Shown here: piece after piece, positions 26,721 through 34,284 of the stretch
Layout: each line of letters opens with the position of its first letter
Position numbering within the stretch: the first letter of the stretch is position 1
NCBI GenBank assembly: GCA_964532525.1
Contig: CAZHIM010000003.1
Coordinates: 4,819 to 68,818, forward strand
Length of the DNA: 64,000 bases
DNA from: an uncultured Bifidobacteriaceae bacterium
GTDB taxonomy: Bacteria; Verrucomicrobiota; Verrucomicrobiia; Limisphaerales; UBA11358
Reading direction: 5' to 3'
Translations under genes and position numbers: made by a program
Notes under the pieces: generated by a model
The model's database searches: none
Told to the model about the DNA's origin: nothing
Seen by the model: only the letters and a program-made list of their open reading frames with translations

Positions 26721-27376
26721 GCGAACGGGAAGCCAGCTTTGCGCGCATTCGCGAAGCCTTGTCGGTGAAGGCCGTTGGGCATGACGGTGGTTTGCCAAGC
26801 GTGATCGAGCAGCGCGGCGTGTTGCCGGCCGTGGGTTCCGCGGATGAAGAGCGGTTGGCCCAATTCCGCAAAAATGCCGCCGATTTGCGGGCGGATTTTC
26901 AACAGTTTCCCAGTGAAGGCGACTTGATGGCCAGAGTGCGCGAGCTCTGCCAGGTCGAAGGCTGGAAAAAGATTGCCACCCACAATGGCAAGCTGGCCCA
27001 TGCGGTGGCGCAATCCCTGGGCGTGCCGGTGTTGAACACCACGGAGGGTTACGACAAACACGAATTGGCGGCCTGTGACGCCGGCATGACCGAATGCGAT
27101 GCCTTGGTGGCACAAACCGGAAGCGTGCTGGTGACCACCCTCAGTGCGGGCGGCCGGGCGTTGTCCTGCCTGCCCCCGCATCATATTGTTGTCGCGCGGC
27201 GGGAGCAATTGGTGCCCGATTTGCCCGCCGCCTTGGAACTATTGCAGCAGAAATACGGGACGAATTATCCCAGCATGATTTCCTTCATCACCGGCCCCAG
27301 CCGCACCGGAGACATCGAGCGTATTCTGGTCCTCGGCGCGCATGGACCGAAGAAGCTGACGATTCTGATGCTTTAG
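26717..27376 (+). CDS. lutC: Lactate utilization protein C (LUD domain)
   Basis: ORF 26507..27376(+), start trimmed to ATG 26717, which overlaps the lutB stop (ATGA): MSEREASFARIREAL... AGMTECDALVAQTGSVLV; SFITGPSRTGDIERILVLGAHGPKKLTILM. Confidence 0.8.
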   Translation: MSEREASFARIREALSVKAVGHDGGLPSVIEQRGVLPAVGSADEERLAQFRKNAADLRADFQQFPSEGDLMARVRELCQVEGWKKIATHNGKLAHAVAQSLGVPVLNTTEGYDKHELAACDAGMTECDALVAQTGSVLVTTLSAGGRALSCLPPHHIVVARREQLVPDLPAALELLQQKYGTNYPSMISFITGPSRTGDIERILVLGAHGPKKLTILML

Positions 27377-27599
27377 CCAAGGCAAGGCCTGAATGACTCA
27401 CAGGAAGACACGAAGACGCGAAAGGACCCTGTTGAATACGGAACAGAGAACTATCATTAACGCGGGGACGCCAAAACGCAAAGGTTGGCCGTCTCATTGC
27501 CGCAGAAGTTCGCGCGGAGAGCATTTCATTTGTTGGGGAGATGGTTGATTTGGAGTTGCAATCTGATCGGAAAAATGGAATTGGTTTGATACTGAACGT

Positions 27600-27785
27600 A
27601 TGAGCGCCAAAGAAATTCTCCTGGAGCTGGCGGAAAAGCTGCCAGCTGATGCCACCTTGACGGACGCGATCTACGAACTCGAATTGCGCCAAGCGGTGGA
27701 GCAAGGTTTGGCCGAGTTGGACCGTGGCGAAGGTGTTCCCATTGAACAGGTCAAAGCGCAAATCGCTTCATGGGCTGGCAAGTGA
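27600..27785 (+). CDS. Type II antitoxin (ParD/RelB-like small addiction-module component), 61 aa
   Basis: ORF 27600..27785(+). Small and helical; LRQAVEQGLAELDRGEGVPIEQVKAQI is typical of ParD-like C-termini. Overlaps the downstream toxin gene by 16 nt. Confidence 0.6.
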   Translation: MSAKEILLELAEKLPADATLTDAIYELELRQAVEQGLAELDRGEGVPIEQVKAQIASWAGK

Positions 27786-28057
27786 TCATTGCCCCGTCGG
27801 CCCGATCCGACTTGGCCGGCATCGTCCACTACATTGCCCAGCACAACTCCGACGCAGCCGCGAGGCCCGGTTATGAATTGATCACCCGTGCCGAAAGTTT
27901 GACACAATTTCCCGAAAGCGGCCGCATGGTGTCGGAATTTCGTCAGCCCGATTTACGCGAAATCATCTACCGGCTAAAACGCGAGGACAACCAGATTCAA
28001 ATCATCCGTTTCTGGCACGGGGCACGCGGCTTTCCGCACATTCCCAGCACTGGCTAA
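27770..28057 (+). CDS. Type II toxin, ParE/RelE superfamily, 95 aa
   Basis: ORF 27770..28057(+). W.VIIAPSARSDLAGIVHYIAQHNSDAA...FPESGRMVSEFRQPDLREIIYR...IQIIRFWHGAR is the plasmid-stabilisation ParE pattern. Confidence 0.75.
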   Translation: MGWQVIIAPSARSDLAGIVHYIAQHNSDAAARPGYELITRAESLTQFPESGRMVSEFRQPDLREIIYRLKREDNQIQIIRFWHGARGFPHIPSTG

Positions 28058-28127
28058 AATCGCAGCGGCCCAGTCCCAAAGAACATTCCTCACCCGCCGT
28101 CCCGTGTCCGCCATCCGGCTGGCTTTG

Positions 28128-28679
28128 TCAAACCACTTCGCGGTACACATCCGGATGCGGCCGGGAAATCACCGCGCTGTTCACCAGCACACCCGCCTCC
28201 GCCAGCACGGCCCGCCCGGCGTTGACGCCCGCCAGCACCGAGGACACATCGCCGGTCATGGTGCAAAACGCCTTGCCTCCCATGGCCATGGCCAGGCGAA
28301 CTTCCAATAATTGCACGTCCGATGTCTTGGCCACCGTGTCGGCTGCTTGAATCAAGGTCGCCACATTGAACGATTCGATGATGCCCAGGGCGCCGGTCGG
28401 TTCCGCCGTTTGCGTGCGCCCCAGCGCCGCATAAACGTCCGGATGCAGGTTGGCGATGACAAAACTATCGATCAGGCAGCCCCCGGCGGCGTCCACGCCG
28501 GCTTGGACGGCGCCGTCCACGGCCGCCGTCTCGCCGCCGATCAGCACCATGTATTTCCCGGAACAAATCGAGCGCGATAAAATCAGCCGCACGTCCCCCG
28601 CCTTGAGCATTGTGTCCGCCACGACGAAACCGGCGGCAATGCTCGACAATTCAATCAAGCCAACGGATTTTTCGGCCAT
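28128..28679 (-). CDS. BMC-T shell protein (tandem BMC domains), PduT-like with a conserved pore cysteine
   Basis: ORF 28128..28679(-), 183 aa. Two BMC repeats (VGLIELSSIAAGFVVADTMLKAGDV... and LGIIESFNVATLIQAADTVAKTSDV...). SRSICSGKYM aligns with PduT SKTICPGKFL (Fe-S ligand Cys). Confidence 0.85.
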   Translation of the reverse strand: MAEKSVGLIELSSIAAGFVVADTMLKAGDVRLILSRSICSGKYMVLIGGETAAVDGAVQAGVDAAGGCLIDSFVIANLHPDVYAALGRTQTAEPTGALGIIESFNVATLIQAADTVAKTSDVQLLEVRLAMAMGGKAFCTMTGDVSSVLAGVNAGRAVLAEAGVLVNSAVISRPHPDVYREVV

Positions 28680-28683
28680 AATA

Positions 28684-29997
28684 TTATTTCTCCAAAATGA
28701 TTTGTCGGTCGTTCACCTCGCGCACCGTGCCGCTCATCGGCGCGTGCAGAATCGCGCCGAGCGCATGGGGCGCCGGCTCGCCGATGATCTGGCCGGCGCT
28801 CACGCGGTCCCCGGCTTTCACTTTCGCCAGGCACGGAGTTCCCGCGCTTTGCTTGAGCGGCAGCACGAGCCGGCTGGGGGAAATTTCCCGCCGCAGATAA
28901 GGCGCGGGCAAATCGTAGTCGAGCACGTGCAATTTCTTCGCCAGCGTCTTGATCGGCACCCGGCGGCCGTCCGCCATGGCGTGGACCTTGGGAGTCATCG
29001 GTCCGGTCCACTTGATCGCCTGGGCGCGCATGACGGCCTTGGCGTCATCGCAGGCTTCCTTGGGAAACAATTCCTCCGGGCAGGCATAGAGGGTGCACAG
29101 CCCGCACGAGCAGCACATGGCCGCCCATTGGCTGTAATATTCCGCGCCCGTGCCGGTAAACGCCAGCGTGCGCATGACTTGATGCGGTTCCACGGCGTAG
29201 CCGAGCAGGAAACGCGGGCAAAATTCCGTGCAATAGCGGCATTGGTCGCAGGCGGACTTGCCGATGGATGCCTGCTGCTTGGCGGGCTTGAGCTTCCGTT
29301 CGATGACATGGTGCGAGCGCGGCAAAATGATGACGCCGGTGGAAGTCTTCGTGACCGGCGCGTCGAGATCGTCAGTCGTGGTGCCCATCATCAGGCCGCC
29401 AACGCACAACACCGGATCATCCGTCGTGAGGCCACCGGCAAAGGCAATGCATTCGCGGAACGAGGTGCCAATGGGCGCGCGCAGGGTGCACGGCGATTTG
29501 ACGGCACCGGCAATGGTGAGCATTTTGTGCGTGAGTGGTTTGCCGTCGTGCGCCGCGGCAATGTTCACGAAGGTTTCGACGTTATTGACGACCGCGCCGA
29601 CGGCAATGGGAATGCCTCCGGGCGGAATCAATTTGCCGGTGACGTTGTAAACCAGATCGTATTCATCGCCGGCTGGATAATAATCACCCAGCAATTGCAC
29701 GCGGACCGGGGTGTTTTTGCACGCGGCTTGCGCGGCCGCCACGGCGGGCTTTTTCTTGGCTTTGATGCCAATCACGCCTTCCCGGGCGCCGACCGCTTCC
29801 ATGGCCAGTTGCATGCCCCGCACCATTTCGACGGCGTTTTCTTCCATCGTCACAGCATCCTTGTGCAACAGGGGTTCGCATTCCGCTCCATTGGCGATGA
29901 CGACCTCCGCCTGGGCGCCGAGCTTGACGTGGGTGGGAAATCCGCCGCCGCCCGCGCCGACGACGCCGGCCAGCCTGACTTGTTCTGCGATCTTCAT
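28684..29997 (-). CDS. PduS/RnfC-like flavo-iron-sulfur electron-transfer protein, 437 aa
   Basis: ORF 28684..29997(-). GVVGAGGGGFPTHVKL (NADH/FMN-binding 51K-like). Two ferredoxin motifs, CDQCRYCTEFCP and CCSCGLCTLYACP. The C-terminal VLPLKQSAGTPCLAKVKAGDRVSAGQIIGE...ILHAPMSGTVREV resembles the RnfC barrel-sandwich domain. Confidence 0.8.
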   Translation of the reverse strand: MKIAEQVRLAGVVGAGGGGFPTHVKLGAQAEVVIANGAECEPLLHKDAVTMEENAVEMVRGMQLAMEAVGAREGVIGIKAKKKPAVAAAQAACKNTPVRVQLLGDYYPAGDEYDLVYNVTGKLIPPGGIPIAVGAVVNNVETFVNIAAAHDGKPLTHKMLTIAGAVKSPCTLRAPIGTSFRECIAFAGGLTTDDPVLCVGGLMMGTTTDDLDAPVTKTSTGVIILPRSHHVIERKLKPAKQQASIGKSACDQCRYCTEFCPRFLLGYAVEPHQVMRTLAFTGTGAEYYSQWAAMCCSCGLCTLYACPEELFPKEACDDAKAVMRAQAIKWTGPMTPKVHAMADGRRVPIKTLAKKLHVLDYDLPAPYLRREISPSRLVLPLKQSAGTPCLAKVKAGDRVSAGQIIGEPAPHALGAILHAPMSGTVREVNDRQIILEK

Positions 29998-30000
29998 TGA

Positions 30001-30795
30001 CTAGGTTTTTTCGTTCGCCGCGCCGGTGGATGCCGGCGCCGGCGCCACCACAACTTCAACGCCGCGCTCGCGCAAGCCAGCCACCAAATCTTGCGGCGCT
30101 TCGCTATCCGTGACCACGGTGTCGATCACGTCCAGTCCGCAAAGCGGCAAAACGGATTGGCGGCCAAATTTCGTATGGTCGAGACAGAAAACAACCTTGT
30201 GGGCCGCTTTGAGCATTGCGTGTTGGATGTCAATCAGCAGTGCGTGCGAATTCGTAATGCCTTCCAGCGTGATGCCGCCGGCGCTCATGATCGCCACGTC
30301 CGCGCGCATTTTTGAAAACGCCTCGACCGTCATCGGGCCAACCAGCACCTCCAGTCGCGGATAAATCACGCCTCCGGCCAAAATCACTTCCACCTTGTTT
30401 GCCGACGCATAAAGATTCGCGATTGGCAGCGAGTTGGTCACGATCTGCGGTGCTTTGTCCTCAAGATGGCACGCGACGTGATACACCGTCGAGCCGGCGT
30501 CCAGAATCAGGCTTTGATTGGCGCCAATGAGTTCCGCGCAGGCTTTGCCGATCAACTCTTTTTCCGAAAGCTGTTTGGCGCCCCGCGCCGTGAAGGCAAA
30601 TTCATCCGACTTCGGCGTCACGATGCGCGCGCCGCCATGCGTGCGCCGCAAATTGCCCTCCGGTTCCAAGGCCGACAAATCCCGTCGCACCGTGGAAATC
30701 GACGCTTCCACGTGCTGGGAAAGTTCCTCCAATGAAGCGAATTCCACGCGTTGGAGATACTCTTCGATGCGATGTTTGCGTTCTTCCGCCGTCAT
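30001..30795 (-). CDS. DeoR-family transcriptional regulator
   Basis: ORF 30001..30795(-). RIEEYLQRVEFASLEELSQHVEASISTVRRDLSALE HTH plus a DeoR C-terminal sugar-phosphate sensor domain. Divergent from the BMC structural operon. Confidence 0.85.
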   Translation of the reverse strand: MTAEERKHRIEEYLQRVEFASLEELSQHVEASISTVRRDLSALEPEGNLRRTHGGARIVTPKSDEFAFTARGAKQLSEKELIGKACAELIGANQSLILDAGSTVYHVACHLEDKAPQIVTNSLPIANLYASANKVEVILAGGVIYPRLEVLVGPMTVEAFSKMRADVAIMSAGGITLEGITNSHALLIDIQHAMLKAAHKVVFCLDHTKFGRQSVLPLCGLDVIDTVVTDSEAPQDLVAGLRERGVEVVVAPAPASTGAANEKT

Positions 30796-30979
30796 ATGTT
30801 GGGTAATCCATCAGATCATCTTTGGGTTGTCCGGCACGCATGGTGCGCACCGCGGTGAGTCAAACTGCACAAAAATGACCGATATTGACCAGAACGTTCT
30901 AGCAGATAACAGAAATTGACACATTTTGCAAGATAATTATTGACATTGATTAAATATCTATCAAACTAGTGCAAAATCT
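30796..30979. promoter_or_regulatory. Divergent control region between deoR-pduS-pduT(-) and the pduL...aldolase(+) operon
   Basis: 184-bp intergenic region whose right half is strongly AT-rich in a GC-rich genome. ATTGACA occurs twice as a direct repeat (30915-30921 and 30939-30945, 24-bp spacing); each contains a TTGACA -35-like hexamer. Confidence 0.5.
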
Positions 30980-31657
30980 ATGACAGCGGTTGCGTTAGCA
31001 CCTCATCGTGCCGTGGTTGAACACCTCGTTCGGCAGGCGGTTTATGCGCGTTTGGGCAGACCGTTGCCGCGCTCGGTAAGCGCACCGAATCCCTTGGTGG
31101 TCAATGTCAGCGCGCGTCACTGTCACCTTACCGAAGCGGCGGTTGAAATCCTGTTTGGCAAAGGCCACAAATTGACCGTTCACAAATGGCTCTATCAAGA
31201 CGGGCAGTTTGCAGCAAAGGAAACGGTTACCTTGATCGGACCGCGCAGCCGGGTGATATCCAATTTGCGCATCTTGGGGCCGTGCCGGAATTTCACCCAA
31301 GTCGAGCTGGCGTACACCGATTCCATCGCGCTGGGATTCGACATTCCGTTGCGTCCTTCCGGCAGCATCAAGGACACGCCCGGCTGCATGTTGATGGGGC
31401 CGGCGGGATTCTTTGAGATGAACGAAGGGGTCATTCGGGCGCTTAGGCATGTGCATATGAGCCCAACCGACGCGGATTTTTACGGTGTGAAACCCGGCGA
31501 TTGGATGAAGCTCAGGATCGGCGGTGACTGCGGGCTCACGCTGGACAGGATGTTCTGCCGCGTGGACAAGAGTTTCAAATTGGAGGTCCACATCGACACC
31601 GACGAGGGGAACGCCTGCAACCTGCAGCCCGACACGCCGGTGGGATTGACCGCATAA
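30980..31657 (+). CDS. pduL: Phosphotransacylase PduL with an N-terminal encapsulation-peptide-like helix
   Basis: ORF 30980..31657(+). VNVSARHCHLTEAAVEILFG, RILGPCRNFTQVELAYTDSIALG, IRALRHVHMSPTDADFYGV, EVHIDTDEGNA are the two PduL repeats. The N-terminal AVVEHLVRQAVYARLG is amphipathic. Confidence 0.88.
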   Translation: MTAVALAPHRAVVEHLVRQAVYARLGRPLPRSVSAPNPLVVNVSARHCHLTEAAVEILFGKGHKLTVHKWLYQDGQFAAKETVTLIGPRSRVISNLRILGPCRNFTQVELAYTDSIALGFDIPLRPSGSIKDTPGCMLMGPAGFFEMNEGVIRALRHVHMSPTDADFYGVKPGDWMKLRIGGDCGLTLDRMFCRVDKSFKLEVHIDTDEGNACNLQPDTPVGLTA

Positions 31658-31693
31658 ATTACTCAACTATCAACTAACAACCAAAGCAAGTAT

Positions 31694-31984
31694 ATGAGCG
31701 AAGCAATAGGAATGATCGAAACCAAGGGCTACGTGGGCAGTGTGGAAGCGAGCGATGCCATGGTGAAGGCGGCCAATGTCACCCTGCTCAAAACCGTGCT
31801 CATTGGCGGCGGTCTCATCACGGTCATCGCCAGGGGGGACGTGGGGAGCATCAAAGCCGCCGTGGATGCGGGGGCGAAAGCGGCTGCCAAGATAGGCGAG
31901 CTCGTGGGCTCACACGTCATCGCCCGGCCGCACGAAGAACTGCTGGCAGCCTTCATTGGCAGCGCTGCCGGAGCGAAGAAATGA
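31694..31984 (+). CDS. BMC-H shell protein (PduA/CcmK type), 96 aa
   Basis: MSEAIGMIETKGYVGSVEASDAMVKAANVTLL...VIARGDVGSIKAAVDAGAKAAAKIGELVGSHVIARPHEE. Confidence 0.92.
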   Translation: MSEAIGMIETKGYVGSVEASDAMVKAANVTLLKTVLIGGGLITVIARGDVGSIKAAVDAGAKAAAKIGELVGSHVIARPHEELLAAFIGSAAGAKK

Positions 31985-32016
31985 CCCACAACCCAAACCT
32001 TTAGCCATTAATTGAT

Positions 32017-32295
32017 ATGTCAAAAGAAGCTGTTGGAATGATTGAAACCAAAGGTTTCTGCGCCGCCATGGAGGGTGCGGATGCCGCGCTGAAATCGGCG
32101 AATGTGCGGATCACCGGCTGGGAAAAGGTTGGCAGCGGTTATGTCACGGTGTTCTTCCGGGGCGATGTGGCTGCCGTCAAGGCCGCGACGGATGCCGGGG
32201 CCGCGGCCGCCGCACAAATCGGTTCGGTCGTCAGCGTCCAGGTGATTCCCCGTCCGCACGACAGTCTGAGCGGCTTGGGCAAGTGGCTCGAATAA
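32017..32295 (+). CDS. BMC-H shell protein, 92 aa
   Basis: [81 protein letters not shown]. Confidence 0.9.
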   Translation: MSKEAVGMIETKGFCAAMEGADAALKSANVRITGWEKVGSGYVTVFFRGDVAAVKAATDAGAAAAAQIGSVVSVQVIPRPHDSLSGLGKWLE

Positions 32296-32369
32296 GAGCG
32301 GCATGCGGAGTGCCGAGTGGGGCATGAGTCTGCTCGCGCCCGGCCATTCCCCGTGCGGTTCCGAATTTG

Positions 32370-33560
32370 ATGAAAATTCTCGTCGCCAATATTGGATCAA
32401 CTTCGCTGAAGTGGCGGTTGTTTGATTTTTCGAACAACGCCGAGCGACTTTTGCACAAGGGCGGCTTCGAGCGGGTGACGGATTATCCGCAGGCGATTGA
32501 AGATTGTCTGCATGCATTGATTGCCGCCAAGGCGATCACGAGTGAAAGCGAGCTGGATGCGGTGGGGTTCAAGACGATCATTGCCAAGAACATCACGGGT
32601 TGCGTGCGGGTGGAAGCGAGCGTATTGCAGGCCATGGAAGAATTTAACGGGCTCGCACCGGCGCATAATCCGCCCTACATCATGGGAATCAAGCTCTTTG
32701 CCCGGCGGGTGCCCACCGTCCCGCTCATCACACTGTTTGAAACCTCCTTTCATCAATTTGCGCCCGAGGCGTCGCAACGCTACGCGGTGCCGGCGGCGTG
32801 GGCGGACCTCGGGGTGCGCCGCTGGGGATTTCACGGGGCGAGCCACAAGTTCATTGCGGAACGCTCGGCCGAATTGCTTTGCCGGTCGGACGTGGCCGAG
32901 CGGGCGCGCCAGCTGTATGTAAACCTGGGCGCCACCCCGGTTTCCGGCCCGCCGCTGCGCGTGATTTCCTGCCACCTCGGCGGCAGTTCGAGCGTCACCG
33001 GCATCCTGAACGGCGCCTCCATTGGCACGAGCATGGGCATGAGCCCGCAATCCGGGTTGCCGCAAAACAACCGGGTGGGCGACCTCGATGCGGAGGCGCT
33101 GCCCTACGTGGTCAAGACGCTGGGAATCTCGATTGAAGAAGCGCAAAAGCAGCTCACCCAACAGTCCGGCTTGCTCGGTCTGAGCGGTGTTTCAAACGAC
33201 GTCCGCGACATCGCGGCGGCGGCCGCCCAAGGCAACCCCCGGGCGAAGCTCGCGCTGGAAGTTCTGGCCGCCAGTGCGCGGCACTGGATCGGAAGTTATT
33301 TTTTCGAATTGAACGGGGCGGACGCGATTGTGTTCACGGCCGGCACGGGTGAAAATTCGCCCGAGGTGCGGGCGGCCATCTGCGCGAATTTGGAGAACCT
33401 CGGCATCCGGCTGGATCCGGCGAGAAACCAAGCGGCCCGGGGGGCCGAAGCCATCATCAGCGCCGCCGATTCCCCGGTGAAGCTGTTGGTGATTCCCACG
33501 AATGAGGAACTCGTCGTGGCGCGGGAAGCGAAGCGATTTTTGGAAACGAAGAAAAATTAA
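32370..33560 (+). CDS. ackA: Acetate (acyl-phosphate) kinase
   Basis: ORF 32367..33560(+), which opens TTG then ATG; ATG 32370 preferred. [79 protein letters not shown]. Confidence 0.9.
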   Translation: MKILVANIGSTSLKWRLFDFSNNAERLLHKGGFERVTDYPQAIEDCLHALIAAKAITSESELDAVGFKTIIAKNITGCVRVEASVLQAMEEFNGLAPAHNPPYIMGIKLFARRVPTVPLITLFETSFHQFAPEASQRYAVPAAWADLGVRRWGFHGASHKFIAERSAELLCRSDVAERARQLYVNLGATPVSGPPLRVISCHLGGSSSVTGILNGASIGTSMGMSPQSGLPQNNRVGDLDAEALPYVVKTLGISIEEAQKQLTQQSGLLGLSGVSNDVRDIAAAAAQGNPRAKLALEVLAASARHWIGSYFFELNGADAIVFTAGTGENSPEVRAAICANLENLGIRLDPARNQAARGAEAIISAADSPVKLLVIPTNEELVVAREAKRFLETKKN

Positions 33561-33597
33561 TTTTACGAAAACTCCTGGTCCTAAACACAACCAAATT

Positions 33598-33879
33598 ATG
33601 CCTCAAGCCATTGGAATGATTGAAACGCGCGGACTCGTCGCCCTCGTCGAGGGGACGGACGCCATGCTCAAAGCCGCAAACGTCGAACTGGTCGGCCCGG
33701 TAACCCAGGTCGGCAACGCGCTGGTGACCGCCTGCGTCGTAGGCGATGTTGCCGCCGTCAAAGCCGCCACGGACGCCGGCGCGCAAGCCATCAAAGCCAT
33801 CAAAGGCGAATTGGTGAGCGTGCATGTCATCGCCCGCCCGCACAACGATGTCGAAGCCATTCTGCCGAAAAGGAAATAG
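33598..33879 (+). CDS. BMC-H shell protein, 93 aa
   Basis: ORF 33502..33879(+), start trimmed to ATG 33598: [33 protein letters not shown]...[36 protein letters not shown]. Confidence 0.9.
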   Translation: MPQAIGMIETRGLVALVEGTDAMLKAANVELVGPVTQVGNALVTACVVGDVAAVKAATDAGAQAIKAIKGELVSVHVIARPHNDVEAILPKRK

Positions 33880-33960
33880 TCTGACGCCGCGGAGCGAGCG
33901 CGAATGCGGCCCGGGTTTTCCGGGGCCCATCCGGGTTCCATCCCTGGCGGAAAGGAAACC

Positions 33961-34272
33961 ATGTTTCTAGGCAAAGTTGAAGGCACCGTGGTCGCCACCA
34001 AAAAAGATCCGGCCATGAACGGGCGCAAGCTGCTGCTGGTGCGGCCGCAACTCGTGGATGAAAAAGACCCGACGAAATTTCGGCCGGGCGTGAACACGAT
34101 CGTGGCGGTGGATAGCGTCGGCTGCGGCGAAGGCGAAATGATTCTCTTCTGCCAAGGCAGCAGCGCGCGGCTGGCGGGCGGCCTGAAGGAGGCGCCGGTG
34201 GATGCCGTGGTGATCGGCATCGTGGACAGCGTGGATGTGTTCGGGAAACAAATCTTCAGTGCGAGAAGCTAG
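33961..34272 (+). CDS. BMC-P vertex protein (EutN/CcmL family), 103 aa
   Basis: ORF 33904..34272(+), start trimmed to ATG 33961: MFLGKVEGTVVATKKDPAMNGRKLLLVRP...VAVDSVGCGEGEMILFCQGSSAR...VDAVVIGIVDSVD. Confidence 0.85.
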   Translation: MFLGKVEGTVVATKKDPAMNGRKLLLVRPQLVDEKDPTKFRPGVNTIVAVDSVGCGEGEMILFCQGSSARLAGGLKEAPVDAVVIGIVDSVDVFGKQIFSARS

Positions 34273-34284
34273 CAACAGACTGGT

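Noticed and set aside
25611-27113. 500-aa minus-strand ORF
   Set aside because: Antisense to lutB/lutC, which have clear Fe-S and LUD motifs. No domain is recognisable in the antisense translation.
28450-30000. 516-aa plus-strand ORF
   Set aside because: Antisense to the PduS-like and BMC-T genes. The translation is Arg/Gly/His-rich without motifs.
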